From NCBI GenBank assembly GCA_047601875.1, contig JASGIL010000001.1, positions 3,645,294 to 3,709,293 of the forward strand: a stretch of 64,000 nt of DNA. The letters run 5' to 3'. Positions 19,182-29,360 of the stretch are shown here, in pieces. How positions within the stretch are numbered: the first letter of the stretch is position 1; every line of letters starts with the position of its first letter. Both the position numbers and the translations under genes were made by a program. This stretch comes from Ferruginibacter sp. Lineage in GTDB: Bacteria; Bacteroidota; Bacteroidia; Chitinophagales; Chitinophagaceae. The notes beneath the pieces are model-generated. The model was given only the letters and a program-made list of their open reading frames with translations. It did no database searches and was not told the origin of the DNA.

Positions 19182-21038
19182 ATGGCAAAGATTGCAATCA
19201 ATATAGCAACAGGCAGTTTACAACAGGAAGAAATAATAGTCGGCATCGACCTTGGTACAACAAACAGTTTAATAGCGATCATCCATCCCGATACAAAAAA
19301 GGCGGTAGCATTAAAGGAACATGATAGCTCCTCCCTTGTGCCATCAATCGTTTATTTTGATGAAACAGGAAATGTAGTAGTTGGGGAAAATGCAAAGCAA
19401 CACCTGCTTATCTCACCGGAGCGTACTATTTTTTCTGCCAAGCGTTTGATGGGAAAAAGTTATAACGACATAAAGAACAATGCATCATTTTTTTCTTATA
19501 AAGTAATTGATGACAATACCGAAAGTTTGGTGAAAGTGCAGGTTGGCGATAAATTTTATTCGCCTGTTGATCTTTCTTCTTTTATCCTTAAAGAATTAAA
19601 GAATCGTGCTGAACATATTTTAAAAACGCCGGTAAACAAAGCTGTGATCACCGTACCAGCTTATTTCAATGATGCACAAAGGCAGGCAACACGTGATGCG
19701 GGAAAACTTGCAGGACTTGATGTGTTGCGCATCATCAACGAACCTACAGCTGCAAGCCTTGCATACGGAGTTGGACTTGATAAAAATGAAAATAAGATAA
19801 TTGCTGTGTATGATCTTGGTGGTGGCACTTTTGATATTTCAATATTGAGGATCGCAGGTGGAATATTTGAAGTATTGTCAACCAATGGTGATACTTATCT
19901 GGGTGGCGATGATTTTGACAACAGCATTGTAAAATACTGGGCGGGCATCATGGGGTTGTCAGAAACGCAGTTGCATAACGACTCATCAACAGCACAAACA
20001 CTGAGGTTGAAAGCGGAAGCGGCAAAAAAGCAATTATCCGGTAGCGATAGTTACAACGATGAGATCAATGGAATACCGGTTTCACTTACAAAAAAACAAT
20101 TTGAAGAACTCATACAACCATTCATAAAAAAAACTATTGATTCATGTCGCAATGCTTTAAAAGATGCTGGATTAAAAGCAAGCGATATTGAAACAGTGGT
20201 AATGGTTGGCGGCAGCACAAGGGTTCCGCTGGTAAAAGATTCGGTCAGTAATTTTTTCGGCAGGCCCGTTAATGATTCTGTGAACCCTGATGAAGTAGTT
20301 GCATTGGGCGCAGCCATACAGGCTGATATTTTATCGGGCAATAACAAAGAATTTTTATTGCTTGATATAACGCCATTGAGCCTGGGCATTGAAACAGCAG
20401 GTGGTTTAATGGATGTATTGATACCACGTAATGCAAAGATCCCTTCCAAAGCGGCAAGACAATATACAACGCAGGTAGATGGACAGGCGGGTATGCGTAT
20501 CAGTGTTTTCCAGGGTGAAAGAGATCTTGTAAAAGATAACAGGAAGCTGGCTGAATTCAATCTTACAAATATACCGGGTATGCCTGCGGGACTTCCGAAA
20601 GTGGAAGTAAGTTTTTTAATAAATGCAGACGGGATATTAACGGTATCGGCAAAAGAATTAAGAAGTGGTGTTGAACAAAGCATCGAAGTAAAACCACAAT
20701 ATGGTTTAACAGATGCAGAAGTAGAAAAGATGTTGCTTGAATCGATCACGCATGCAAAAGATGATATTTCAATAAGAGCATTAACAGAAGCGAGAACAGA
20801 AGGGGAGCAGTTATTAAAAACAACAGAGCGCTTTCTTCAAAAAAATGCTGACCAGTTATTAAAAGAAGAATTGTTGCAAACTGCTGCTGCTATGCAGGCG
20901 TTACAGCTTGCAATAACAATGGATGATAAGGACCTTGTTCATAAAAAAATTGAAGAGTTGAATGATGTCTCACGTCCTTATGCAGAAAGGGTAATGGATA
21001 ATGCTATTGCCGGCGCAATGAAAGGGAAATCGATTTAG
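19182..21038 (+). CDS. hscA: Hsp70-family chaperone, HscA-like
   Basis: [24 protein letters not shown], and the substrate-binding and lid regions are present. Length of 618 aa and the N-terminal extension resemble HscA more than DnaK. No isc genes are adjacent. Confidence 0.7.
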   Translation: MAKIAINIATGSLQQEEIIVGIDLGTTNSLIAIIHPDTKKAVALKEHDSSSLVPSIVYFDETGNVVVGENAKQHLLISPERTIFSAKRLMGKSYNDIKNNASFFSYKVIDDNTESLVKVQVGDKFYSPVDLSSFILKELKNRAEHILKTPVNKAVITVPAYFNDAQRQATRDAGKLAGLDVLRIINEPTAASLAYGVGLDKNENKIIAVYDLGGGTFDISILRIAGGIFEVLSTNGDTYLGGDDFDNSIVKYWAGIMGLSETQLHNDSSTAQTLRLKAEAAKKQLSGSDSYNDEINGIPVSLTKKQFEELIQPFIKKTIDSCRNALKDAGLKASDIETVVMVGGSTRVPLVKDSVSNFFGRPVNDSVNPDEVVALGAAIQADILSGNNKEFLLLDITPLSLGIETAGGLMDVLIPRNAKIPSKAARQYTTQVDGQAGMRISVFQGERDLVKDNRKLAEFNLTNIPGMPAGLPKVEVSFLINADGILTVSAKELRSGVEQSIEVKPQYGLTDAEVEKMLLESITHAKDDISIRALTEARTEGEQLLKTTERFLQKNADQLLKEELLQTAAAMQALQLAITMDDKDLVHKKIEELNDVSRPYAERVMDNAIAGAMKGKSI

Positions 21039-21113
21039 ATCAAAGCTAATCTCTGATGTTTGATTTCTGATCACTGATATGCGACAGCCTGAATAATTTG
21101 TATCTTCAACCTC

Positions 21114-22070
21114 ATGACACCAGTAAAAAATATTACCATCATTGTTCCTGTTTATAATGAAGCAGCATCACTGCCGGAATTATTTAGAAGATTGGATACG
21201 CTCATATTAAATGCAGGTTTAAATATAAGTGTGATCATGGTGGATGATGGCAGTACCGATGGATCAACAATGTTACTGGAAGATACCATCATGGGTAAAG
21301 AAAAATATTCAGCCATTTTTTTATCAAGGAATTTCGGCCATGCAATGGCGATCACTGCAGGGCTTGCCAATGTAGGTGATGCATGTGATGCTGTATTTAT
21401 CATTGATGGTGATCTGCAGGATCCGCCTGAATTACTTTCACAGTTTGTTGAAAAAATGAATACAGGTTATGATGTTGTTTATGGTATCCGCAAAAAAAGA
21501 AAGGAAGGTATCCTGAAAAAACTTTGCTACAAATTATATTACAGGCTGCTGAAAAGATTTTCAAATATTAAGATGCCGCTCGATGCCGGCGATTTTTCTT
21601 TAATTAGCAATAAGGTTGTAAAGCAACTCAATAGCCTTCCGGAGGAGAGTCGCTATTTGCGAGGCTTAAGAAGTTGGGTAGGATTTAAACAAGTTGGGCT
21701 GGAATATGAAAGAGATAAACGTGCAGGAGGAGAAACAAAATATTCCCTGCGTTCATTATTCAGATTAGCTTTTAACGGTATTTTCAATTTCAGTGAATTT
21801 CCAATCAGGTTTATTGGAATGCTTGGCTTTATCACCATCATCTTTTCCTTGATCTATATTGGCATCGTTCTATATAAGAAATTTGTTTTTGGTACGGTGC
21901 CCGAAGGTTTTACAACATTGATCTTTGCGATCGTGTTGTTTAGTGGCGTGCAGTTGCTTTCATTGGGGATCATCGGTGAATACATCCTGCGTATTTTTTT
22001 CCAGGTAAAGAACCGCCCGCTTTATATAGTTAAATCAAAGATCACAAACGGCAAGCCAGCGAATGAATAA
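21114..22070 (+). CDS. GT2 polyprenyl-phosphate glycosyltransferase (GtrB/CsbB/ArnC-like) with 2 C-terminal TM helices
   Basis: Motifs IIVPVYNE, VDDGSTDGS and DGDLQDPPE. Confidence 0.85.
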   Translation: MTPVKNITIIVPVYNEAASLPELFRRLDTLILNAGLNISVIMVDDGSTDGSTMLLEDTIMGKEKYSAIFLSRNFGHAMAITAGLANVGDACDAVFIIDGDLQDPPELLSQFVEKMNTGYDVVYGIRKKRKEGILKKLCYKLYYRLLKRFSNIKMPLDAGDFSLISNKVVKQLNSLPEESRYLRGLRSWVGFKQVGLEYERDKRAGGETKYSLRSLFRLAFNGIFNFSEFPIRFIGMLGFITIIFSLIYIGIVLYKKFVFGTVPEGFTTLIFAIVLFSGVQLLSLGIIGEYILRIFFQVKNRPLYIVKSKITNGKPANE

Positions 22071-22821
22071 AGAATATGTACAACAATACGCTAAGCTGGA
22101 ACGGGAACACTGGTGGTTTTTGGTCAGGCAAAAGATTATCCTGCAATTTTTACAAAAACATATCGCTTCTCCTGGTAAACAACTCCGGGTTTTAAATGTC
22201 GGTGCAGCCGGCGGTGCATCAAGTGAATTTTTAAAAGCATTTGGCGATGTTGTTTCAGTTGAAACAGAACCATTATTCATTGAATATTTACGGCAACAAA
22301 ACATTGTTGTTACAGAAGCATCCATTACAAAACTTCCTTTCAACGACAATTGTTTTGATCTTGTTTGTGCATTCGATGTAATAGAACATGTTGCTGATGA
22401 TGTACAGGCAATGAAAGAAATGGAAAGGGTTTGTAAAAAAGATGGATCTATTTGTATAACGGTTCCGGCATTTATGTCTTTATGGAGCCAGCATGATGTT
22501 GTGAATGGTCATCACAGGAGGTATAAAAAAAATGGCCTGCGATCTTTGTTTGAAAAAACAATACTATTAAAGCCAATTGAAATAACTTATTTCAACAGCT
22601 TATTATTTTTGCCGATATTAATGACAAGAAAAATGTCGAACCTGTTCAGGAAAAACAAAAAGCAAACAGAATCTGACTTTACTTATTTTAAAACTTCTTC
22701 TTTAAGCAATAGCATACTTAAAAAAATATTTGCTGTAGAATTAACAACAATGAAATTATTTCATTTCCCCTTCGGTGCTTCTTTGATCGCTGTTCTTAAA
22801 AAAAACAATGGCCATCCATAA
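22063..22821 (+). CDS. class I SAM-dependent methyltransferase
   Basis: Motif I is VLNVGAAGGASS, with DLVCAFDVIEH. The ATG overlaps the GT2 stop by 8 nt. Confidence 0.8.
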   Translation: MNKEYVQQYAKLEREHWWFLVRQKIILQFLQKHIASPGKQLRVLNVGAAGGASSEFLKAFGDVVSVETEPLFIEYLRQQNIVVTEASITKLPFNDNCFDLVCAFDVIEHVADDVQAMKEMERVCKKDGSICITVPAFMSLWSQHDVVNGHHRRYKKNGLRSLFEKTILLKPIEITYFNSLLFLPILMTRKMSNLFRKNKKQTESDFTYFKTSSLSNSILKKIFAVELTTMKLFHFPFGASLIAVLKKNNGHP

Positions 22822-24861
22822 TAAAACAATAACAAGACTGGTAACTGAGATATACCATGCAATAATAACTTTAGAAGGTTTGTATTTGAAAACAACTTCA
22901 TGAACGCCCGGTTCAACATAGGTTCCTATAAAAGTTATATTCACTGTAGAGATTGATTTTATTTTATTATCAACATATACCTGCCACCCCGGGTAATTAT
23001 TTTGAAGATAAACCAGCATCCCTCCTGTTTTTGTTTCAACCGTTGCTTTTATGTTATTAGCAGAAAAAGAATGAATGGTTATTTTATTCGAAGTAGCAGC
23101 ATCTTTTTTTGAAACCAATGCACCATTAACTGTTGTATCAGAAATATAGAGTACAGGATTTTTAAAAACAGCATCTTTTATTCCAGATTCATAAAAGCTG
23201 TCTTGTAAGGACAGGTTTCCCGGTGTAATGAAATAATTATTACGGCCGATCTTTTTTGTGAAGTGAAGTATGGTGCCTGTGATTACATTTTCACCGGATG
23301 AATTCATTGAGTTTTCTTCAATAGATGTATTGCCGGGTATGGGAAATTTCTCATGGTTCCTGTTGATCAGTTTTTCAACATCTGTAAATTTTTTTGCACC
23401 AATGATCGTAACAGGTGTGTTTAACTGTGTTGCAAAAAAAAGATCGGCAATTGTAATAAGGCAGAGCAAACCAACATGCTTTCTTTTTACAATAGCAAAA
23501 TATGTAAGGCTAAGGGTTATTAATAAAAAAGGAAGCTGAATTAAATAACGTTGTTGAAAATTAAATTCGGCCAAAAGATTTTTAAGATTACTTACTGTAA
23601 TATCTGCAGCAGGAATTTTATTATTAAGAAAAACGATGCAACCAATACCTGCAATCACAGCAATGATCAACAATGCAGCTATTAATTTTTTAAATAGTAA
23701 TGTTTTTGATTCTTTATTGTTTTCCCATTCTTTAATGGCTATGGCCGAAATTAAAAGCAGGAAAATGATACCGAACAACCTGAATAAAGCCGGGTGCCTG
23801 AAACTGTTCATCAATGGAAGTACATAATAGGCAAGTTTTCTTATGAAGAAGAATTGTCCCCATGCCATTGCGATCATTACCAATGCGCAGATAAAAAAGA
23901 AACGCAACTCTTTGTTGCCAATGAGTTTTCTATAAAAAAATGCAGACACTAAAAACATCAATGGAACAACCCCAATGTAAATGCTTCTCATTAATATCAA
24001 TGAATTCAGCCAATGGTCATTTGCAGTTGTGGCGAAAGGAAATAGTAGTGAGATGAGGGTAACAGGATTCATTGAATTTTCCATAACAACAGATAGCGAT
24101 TGGCTTTTTCCTCTTGCTATTGTTGGAAGGTGTACAATAAAAGATATTAATGCTGGAAGAGCAAGTAATAAAAAAGATATGCATGCAATGAGTATAGGAG
24201 CAAATATTTTTTTCAGGAAAAGCAATTTGTTTCCGCTTGAAAAAAAGATAAATAAAAACCAGCCGATCAAAGTATATGCTGTAATGATAAACAAAGAAGG
24301 GTAGCCGCCGGTGAATAATAAAAAAAGAAACAATGCCAATCCCAATGAATCCGGGATCTTGTATTGCATGATCATTCTCCTGAAAAATAAAAAGATCCAT
24401 GGAATATAACAGGCTGAGCTTATGCATGTAAAAAACTGAACACTATCGATCATGAAGCCGCTAAACTGGTAAGCAAATGCAATGGCATATGCAATTGGTT
24501 TACTGCAGCCAAGGTTCCTGCATAAATAATAAAACCCGATTCCTGCAAAAGCAATATAAAATAAAAGTTCAACGTGAAAAGCAGCAAGGCTGTAATTACT
24601 TAAAAAACCAAGGATCCATATAACAGGGTTCCATGCTCCACTTTGCATATCGGCATGTAAAGGATATCCCATATTAATATAAGGCGTCCAGAGTGGTAAT
24701 TCAGCATTGTGAAGTGCATCACTGATCAAAGTGCGTACAGGATAATAATAAGTAAGTGCATCATTTTTCAGTGTAAAAAGAAAGAGGCTGATCGGCCAAA
24801 AAAATACAAGAGCGCTGGCACAGAAAATAGTAAAGGGGTTTACAAAGATTTTTTTTAGCAT
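22756..24861 (-). CDS. YfhO-like polytopic membrane protein (GT-C-type glycosyltransferase candidate)
   Basis: About 14 predicted TM segments, a large extracytoplasmic C-terminal domain and a terminal TM helix. Size and topology match the YfhO family. Confidence 0.65.
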   Translation of the reverse strand: MLKKIFVNPFTIFCASALVFFWPISLFLFTLKNDALTYYYPVRTLISDALHNAELPLWTPYINMGYPLHADMQSGAWNPVIWILGFLSNYSLAAFHVELLFYIAFAGIGFYYLCRNLGCSKPIAYAIAFAYQFSGFMIDSVQFFTCISSACYIPWIFLFFRRMIMQYKIPDSLGLALFLFLLFTGGYPSLFIITAYTLIGWFLFIFFSSGNKLLFLKKIFAPILIACISFLLLALPALISFIVHLPTIARGKSQSLSVVMENSMNPVTLISLLFPFATTANDHWLNSLILMRSIYIGVVPLMFLVSAFFYRKLIGNKELRFFFICALVMIAMAWGQFFFIRKLAYYVLPLMNSFRHPALFRLFGIIFLLLISAIAIKEWENNKESKTLLFKKLIAALLIIAVIAGIGCIVFLNNKIPAADITVSNLKNLLAEFNFQQRYLIQLPFLLITLSLTYFAIVKRKHVGLLCLITIADLFFATQLNTPVTIIGAKKFTDVEKLINRNHEKFPIPGNTSIEENSMNSSGENVITGTILHFTKKIGRNNYFITPGNLSLQDSFYESGIKDAVFKNPVLYISDTTVNGALVSKKDAATSNKITIHSFSANNIKATVETKTGGMLVYLQNNYPGWQVYVDNKIKSISTVNITFIGTYVEPGVHEVVFKYKPSKVIIAWYISVTSLVIVLLWMAIVFFKNSDQRSTEGEMK

Positions 24862-24915
24862 TTACAGGCGTGTAGTTTGTTCCAGCAGGATAAAATTAGC
24901 CAAGTTTTATGAAAA

Positions 24916-25045
24916 AGCTGTGAGCTGCGAGCTATGAGCTTTGAGCTTGTCTCTGAAAATTTGTAAGCTGTATTTTATAAACATCAATTTAGTAATAAGG
25001 CTACAAGTATTGTGAACTGACTCGCAGCTCGTAGCTCACAGCTCC
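24916..25045. repeat. word-hairpin family 4 (AGCT-containing words)
   Basis: aagctgtgagctgcgagctatgagctttgagcttg ... gactcgcagctcgtagctcacagctcc. The right arm overlaps the acyltransferase stop codon. Confidence 0.7.
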
Positions 25046-26136
25046 TTCAGCTTAAGAAACTTCGATTCCATATACCTATAACTAATATGCGAAACAATAA
25101 AAGTGAGAATAAATGCGATCAGCATGTGAAATATATTCATCCATAAAAGTGATTGTCCATTATAATTGAATAAATGAAACTGTTTTTGCAACAGCACAAA
25201 AATAATAGCGTGGTAGAGGTATAGCCCGTACGATATTTTTCCAAGATAATTGATGAATGAAATTTTACCTGCGTGAAAGATCCGGTGTTCATTAAAGGCC
25301 TGGTCGTAAATGATCAAGCTATAGCAAATACTTTTGATGATGTTGCGTAATATCATATCACTTATATAGTAATTGCTTACGATGAGTATTGCATATACTG
25401 GCAGGAACGAAGCAGCTGGTATTTTTTGTAAAAAAGAAAGGGCTTTTCCTTTTCTTACACATATAAATGCGATCATGGCCCCGGTGCAAAAATTTTGTAA
25501 GATGAATATACTGTGAATGGCAAGATTGGTGGCGGGCTTATGTTGTACCAGTAAATAATAATAACTGAATGCAATGCTGAAAATAAAAAGAACTGCAATG
25601 AATGCACTCATCCATTTTGTAGTAATGAACTTTAGGAACCATCCCCATACCAAATAAAATTGCTCTTCAATTGAAATGGACCATAATATTAAGAGGCCAA
25701 ATGTAAAAGCGCTTCCATGTTCAATGATATAAAAGTTTGCATAAAAGAAAATGAAGGGAATGATTGGTGGCAGGCTGAGCTGTTGAATATTTAATAAAGA
25801 AGATATCCATGGTATTAAAAGAAAACAGGCGATGATCAATAAATAATAAGCAGGCCAGATGCGTAAGATGCGGTTCTTATAAAACTTCAGCAAACTGATG
25901 TTCCCGGTATTTTCTTTTTCTGTCAATAACCTGTAAGTGATCAGGAAACTTGAAAGGGTGAAGAAGAAAGGAACCATTAATGAATCCAGTGTTATAACTG
26001 AAAACAAAAATCCTTTAAAACCAAACCCTGGGCCAGGAATAATTAAAGTATGTGTAATGAAAACACCCAAAAATGAAAGGAACCTAAGCGCATCAAGATT
26101 ATTGAAATAAATTTGTTTTGATAACGGGTTACTCAT
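25036..26136 (-). CDS. acyltransferase family 3 (membrane O-acyltransferase)
   Basis: Begins NNLDALRFLSFLGVFITH and is a 10-TM-type hydrophobic protein. Confidence 0.8.
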   Translation of the reverse strand: MSNPLSKQIYFNNLDALRFLSFLGVFITHTLIIPGPGFGFKGFLFSVITLDSLMVPFFFTLSSFLITYRLLTEKENTGNISLLKFYKNRILRIWPAYYLLIIACFLLIPWISSLLNIQQLSLPPIIPFIFFYANFYIIEHGSAFTFGLLILWSISIEEQFYLVWGWFLKFITTKWMSAFIAVLFIFSIAFSYYYLLVQHKPATNLAIHSIFILQNFCTGAMIAFICVRKGKALSFLQKIPAASFLPVYAILIVSNYYISDMILRNIIKSICYSLIIYDQAFNEHRIFHAGKISFINYLGKISYGLYLYHAIIFVLLQKQFHLFNYNGQSLLWMNIFHMLIAFILTFIVSHISYRYMESKFLKLKEL

Positions 26137-26146
26137 GTAGGGTCGT

Positions 26147-26734
26147 TTATTTCAATTGCATCAGCCGGTTCACGTATTTACCGATCATGTCAAATTCAAT
26201 ATTAACCAGGTCGCCCTCTTTTATAAACTGCATATTGGTGTGATCGTACGTATAGGGAATGATCGCAACCATAAAAGAATCTTCTGTTACATTAAAAATA
26301 GTAAGGCTGATGCCGTTGAGTGTGATCGAGCCTTTTTCAATGATCAGCGCCGCAAATTTTTTATCAATACTAAAACGGTATTCCCAGCTTCCTTCTTTTG
26401 CAATGCATGAAGTGCATGTGGCAACAGTATCAACATGGCCTTGTACAATATGGCCATCGATCCTGCCATTCATTTGCATGCATCTTTCCAGGTTGATGCT
26501 TGCGCCGGTTTCCCATTTGCCGAGGTTTGTTTTTTGAAGCGTTTCATCTATGGCGGTAACACGGTATTTGTTTCCGTCTATTTCTTCAATGGTAAGGCAA
26601 ACGCCGTTGTGGCTTACACTTTGGTCCACCTTTAATTCAGGAGCCAGGGTCGATTTTATCCAAAAACTACGGTTGGTTCCCTGTTCTTTGATCTTTTTTA
26701 TAATGCCGGTTTGTTCAATGATGCCTGTAAACAT
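26147..26734 (-). CDS. ribE: riboflavin synthase alpha chain
   Basis: Starts MFTGIIEQTG and has duplicated lumazine-binding halves (SHNGVCLT / ITLNGISLT). Confidence 0.9.
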   Translation of the reverse strand: MFTGIIEQTGIIKKIKEQGTNRSFWIKSTLAPELKVDQSVSHNGVCLTIEEIDGNKYRVTAIDETLQKTNLGKWETGASINLERCMQMNGRIDGHIVQGHVDTVATCTSCIAKEGSWEYRFSIDKKFAALIIEKGSITLNGISLTIFNVTEDSFMVAIIPYTYDHTNMQFIKEGDLVNIEFDMIGKYVNRLMQLK

Positions 26735-26908
26735 TTTTCAAATTTCGGGTATTTGCCACTGATTCACTGATTTTGTCTGAACTATGATTTGTATGATTTT
26801 TTGATAGGCTATGATTGATCCTGAAAGCTTTGGTCGGTGGCGCCACCTACCGAAATAGTATTTCCAATATTTTAATCAGTGAATTGGCGGCAATTTCTTC
26901 CTTAGATA

Positions 26909-26939
26909 TTTGTTGTTTTCAATAATTCTATTATCTTTG
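26909..26939 (+). promoter_or_regulatory. candidate Bacteroidota promoter (-33 TTTG / -7 TAtcTTTG) for rpsU
   Basis: TTTG at 26909-26912 and TAtcTTTG at 26932-26939, with a 19-nt spacer. Confidence 0.4.
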
Positions 26940-26993
26940 CGACCCCTGTCCAAAATGGGCAGAATTTAATCACCTAAAGGAGGTATATACAAC

Positions 26994-27191
26994 ATGTTAA
27001 TTATCGATTCAAAAGATTGCGAAAACATCGACAAAGCACTTAAGAAGTACAAAAAGAAGTTTGAAAAAAGCCGCGTTTTGTTACAATTAAGGGAAAGACA
27101 AGCTTTTACAAAGCCATCTGTAAAGCGTCGTACCGAAGTTTTGAAAGCTGTGTACAAGCAACAACTGACTACAGGCCAGTTAGATAAATAA
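26994..27191 (+). CDS. rpsU: 30S ribosomal protein S21
   Basis: 65 aa, basic, with ALKKYKKKFEKSRVLLQLRERQAFTKPS. Confidence 0.9.
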   Translation: MLIIDSKDCENIDKALKKYKKKFEKSRVLLQLRERQAFTKPSVKRRTEVLKAVYKQQLTTGQLDK

Positions 27192-27261
27192 GATATTAAA
27201 TAAGCCGGCAAAATATATTAAACTGATAACAGGTTGAATTAACTTCGTTATCAGTTTTTTT

Positions 27262-28164
27262 ATGCCCCTAACTCCACAACAACATATACAAAGCTTTCTC
27301 GATTACCTGAAGTACCAGAAGCGATACTCCCGGCATACCATTATATCGTATGAAACCGACCTCGTTGCTTTTTTTGATTACCTGCAGTTGCAGTACCAGG
27401 AAAATTCGGTAGAAAATATAAAGCCTGCTTTCGTCAGGAGCTGGCTGGCAGAAGCAAAGGCAAATGGCATTAGTTCCAAAACCATCAACAGGAAGATATC
27501 GTCTTTAAGGTCCTTTTTTAAGCAGCAGCTAAAACAAGGAACGATAACTGTAAGTCCCATGGCGACCATCATTGCTCCAAAGATCAATAAAAGACTGCCG
27601 CAGTTTGTAGAAGAAAAGGATATAGACACTTTATTTGATCATGTTGAATTCCCGGATGACTGGAATGGCAATACCGAAAGAATGCTGATAAACCTGTTAT
27701 ATAATACGGGCATGCGAAAGGCTGAGCTTATCAGCTTAAAAGAAAACCAGGTGGATGTATCGAACAGTACCATAAAAGTATTGGGAAAGGGGAGTAAAGA
27801 ACGCATCATACCGGTTAGTAAAAAACTAATAGAGGTCCTTCAACAATACATGGTGCTAAAACATAATACACTCGTTGAGCCAGATAAAATACATTTATTG
27901 GTAAACGACCATGGGAAGAAACTGGATCCTAAATATGTATATAATGTAGTTAGAAAATACCTCAGCCTTGTAACTACTATTGATAAAAAGAGCCCACATA
28001 TATTAAGGCACACGTTCGCTACTCACTTAATGAATAATGGTGCTGATCTGAATGCAGTAAAGGAACTACTTGGTCACAGCAGCCTTGCTGCAACGCAGGT
28101 ATATACACACAATACGATCGAAAAATTAAAAGACGTATATAAAAAAGCTCATCCCAAAGCTTAG
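27262..28164 (+). CDS. tyrosine recombinase, XerC/XerD family
   Basis: N-terminal SAM-like domain. The catalytic region has GMRKAEL, HILRHTFATHL, LGHSSLAATQVYTH. Confidence 0.85.
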   Translation: MPLTPQQHIQSFLDYLKYQKRYSRHTIISYETDLVAFFDYLQLQYQENSVENIKPAFVRSWLAEAKANGISSKTINRKISSLRSFFKQQLKQGTITVSPMATIIAPKINKRLPQFVEEKDIDTLFDHVEFPDDWNGNTERMLINLLYNTGMRKAELISLKENQVDVSNSTIKVLGKGSKERIIPVSKKLIEVLQQYMVLKHNTLVEPDKIHLLVNDHGKKLDPKYVYNVVRKYLSLVTTIDKKSPHILRHTFATHLMNNGADLNAVKELLGHSSLAATQVYTHNTIEKLKDVYKKAHPKA

Positions 28165-28363
28165 TAACTTAATTCGTCGTTCCTCGTAATGACGTTCGTT
28201 ACATCTTATAAAATAAAATATTTGCCTATAAAATTTTATTTTGAAAACTACGTTTAATGCGGTAACTTGAACATAAGAGAAAAAATCAGGTGAAGTCCCA
28301 ATCTATTGCCTATGGTATAATTGCTACCTTTTAATTTTTATTTTTCATTTAAAATCAGATGTT

Positions 28364-28663
28364 ATGAACGTAAACATTCAGACTGTGCATTTCGACGCAG
28401 ACAGTAAGTTATTGGAGTTAATAGAGAAAAAAGTCACGAAGCTTAATCAATTTCACGAGCGAATAACGAAAGTTTATATTTATTTAAAGTTGGATAATAT
28501 TGTACACAACATTAAAGACAAAGTGGTAGAGATAAAAGTGATGATACCGAGACACGAGTTTTTTGTAAAACAATCTTCCAAATCATTTGAAGAAAGTTTT
28601 GACGGGGCGATGGATGCAGTGATCAATCAAATTAAAAAGAAAAAAGAAAGACTCGCGGCGTAA
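28364..28663 (+). CDS. hpf: ribosome hibernation promoting factor / RaiA family
   Basis: 99 aa, with MNVNIQTVHFDADSKL...ESFDGAMDAVINQIKK. Confidence 0.85.
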   Translation: MNVNIQTVHFDADSKLLELIEKKVTKLNQFHERITKVYIYLKLDNIVHNIKDKVVEIKVMIPRHEFFVKQSSKSFEESFDGAMDAVINQIKKKKERLAA

Positions 28664-28688
28664 GGAAATATTTTTTTAGGAGAAAAAA

Positions 28689-28718
28689 GTCCCCCGCAAA
28701 CCGGGGGATTTTTTTTTA
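28689..28718 (+). terminator. Rho-independent terminator of hpf
   Basis: gtcccccg-caaa-ccggggga followed by a 9-T run. Confidence 0.7.
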
Positions 28719-28753
28719 TTTCAAAATCCTTTAAAAAAATCTTTTACAAAGTT

Positions 28754-28782
28754 TTTGTATTAATCATTTTCTCTTACCTTTG
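28754..28782 (+). promoter_or_regulatory. candidate promoter of the tRNA-tuf operon (-33 TTTG / -7 TAccTTTG)
   Basis: TTTG at 28754-28757 and TAccTTTG at 28775-28782. Confidence 0.4.
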
Positions 28783-28847
28783 CCTTCCCAAAAAATAGGG
28801 TGCATTGTTGTGAGCCTTAAATAGTGGGAAGCTCTTTTAAATAGTTT

Positions 28848-28918
28848 ACTGGTTTAAAAGTTTATAGGTTAACAGGGTTTCGAACTCGTTAACTTTCCAA
28901 CTTTTCAACCTTTAAACC
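28848..28918. repeat. word-hairpin family 3
   Basis: ggtttaaaagtttataggttaacagg ... cgttaactttccaacttttcaacctttaaacc. Confidence 0.6.
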
Positions 28919-28926
28919 ATACTAAT

Positions 28927-29002
28927 GCCGAAATAGCTCAGTTGGTAGAGCAACTGATTTGTAATCAGTAGGTCGCTGGTTCGACTCCAGTTTTCGGCTC
29001 CA
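28927..29002 (+). tRNA. tRNA-Thr (anticodon TGT), CCA encoded
   Basis: Acceptor GCCGAAA/TTTCGGC, anticodon arm ACTGA-TTTGTAA-TCAGT. Confidence 0.9.
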
Positions 29003-29005
29003 ATC

Positions 29006-29070
29006 AGTTTGAAGTTGGCAGGTTGATTTGTTAATTAGGTAACTAGTCAACAGGTAAACCTTTCAACTTC
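29006..29070. repeat. word-hairpin family 3
   Basis: gtttgaagttggcaggttgatttgttaa ... ctagtcaacaggtaaacctttcaacttc. Confidence 0.6.
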
Positions 29071-29079
29071 TTTCCGAAA

Positions 29080-29165
29080 GGGCAGATGGCCGAGAGGTTA
29101 AAGGCGACAGACTGTAAATCTGTTCACGTAAGTGTACGTAGGTTCGAACCCTACTCTGCCCACCA
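29080..29165 (+). tRNA. tRNA-Tyr (anticodon GTA), long variable arm, CCA encoded
   Basis: Acceptor GGGCAGA/TCTGCCC, anticodon loop CTGTAAA, variable arm TTCACGTAAGTGTACG. Confidence 0.9.
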
Positions 29166-29171
29166 AGTTCT

Positions 29172-29240
29172 TTGAACATTGAAAATTGTACGTTGAGCAT
29201 TGAATATTCAATAAACAACGTTCAATGTTCAATATTCAAG
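29172..29240. repeat. word-hairpin family 1 (inverted orientation) between tRNA-Tyr and tRNA-Gly
   Basis: ttgaacattgaaaattgtacgttgagcattgaatattc ... aacgttcaatgttcaatattcaa. Confidence 0.7.
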
Positions 29241-29246
29241 TTTTAA

Positions 29247-29319
29247 GCGGAAGTAGCTCATTTGGTAGAGCGATAGCCTTCCAAGCTATAGGTGGCCAGT
29301 TCGAGCCTGGTCTTCCGCT
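29247..29319 (+). tRNA. tRNA-Gly (anticodon TCC)
   Basis: Acceptor GCGGAAG/CTTCCGC, anticodon arm ATAGC-CTTCCAA-GCTAT. Confidence 0.9.
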
Positions 29320-29360
29320 CATTTAAGTTCATTGTAAAACTCAAAGGTTTTGCTCTGCAA

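Noticed and set aside
19182-21038. HscA as evidence for an isc Fe-S assembly operon
   Set aside because: No iscS, iscU, iscA, hscB or fdx gene is adjacent. It is kept only as an Hsp70-family, HscA-like call.
26735-26993. FMN riboswitch upstream of ribE, and the 12-bp GC palindrome GGTGGCGCCACC at 26836-26847
   Set aside because: I could not find the conserved RFN core elements on the minus strand. The palindrome is isolated with no second copy in the window, so nothing supports calling it an operator.
27262-28164. Tyrosine recombinase as a possible marker of a mobile element or of the integrase for the nusG island
   Set aside because: It sits in the rpsU-xer-hpf-tRNA-tuf arrangement, which I recognise as a conserved housekeeping context in Bacteroidota. 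It has host-like composition, has no flanking repeats, and lies 4 kb upstream of the island. It is most likely the chromosomal XerC/D-type dimer resolvase.
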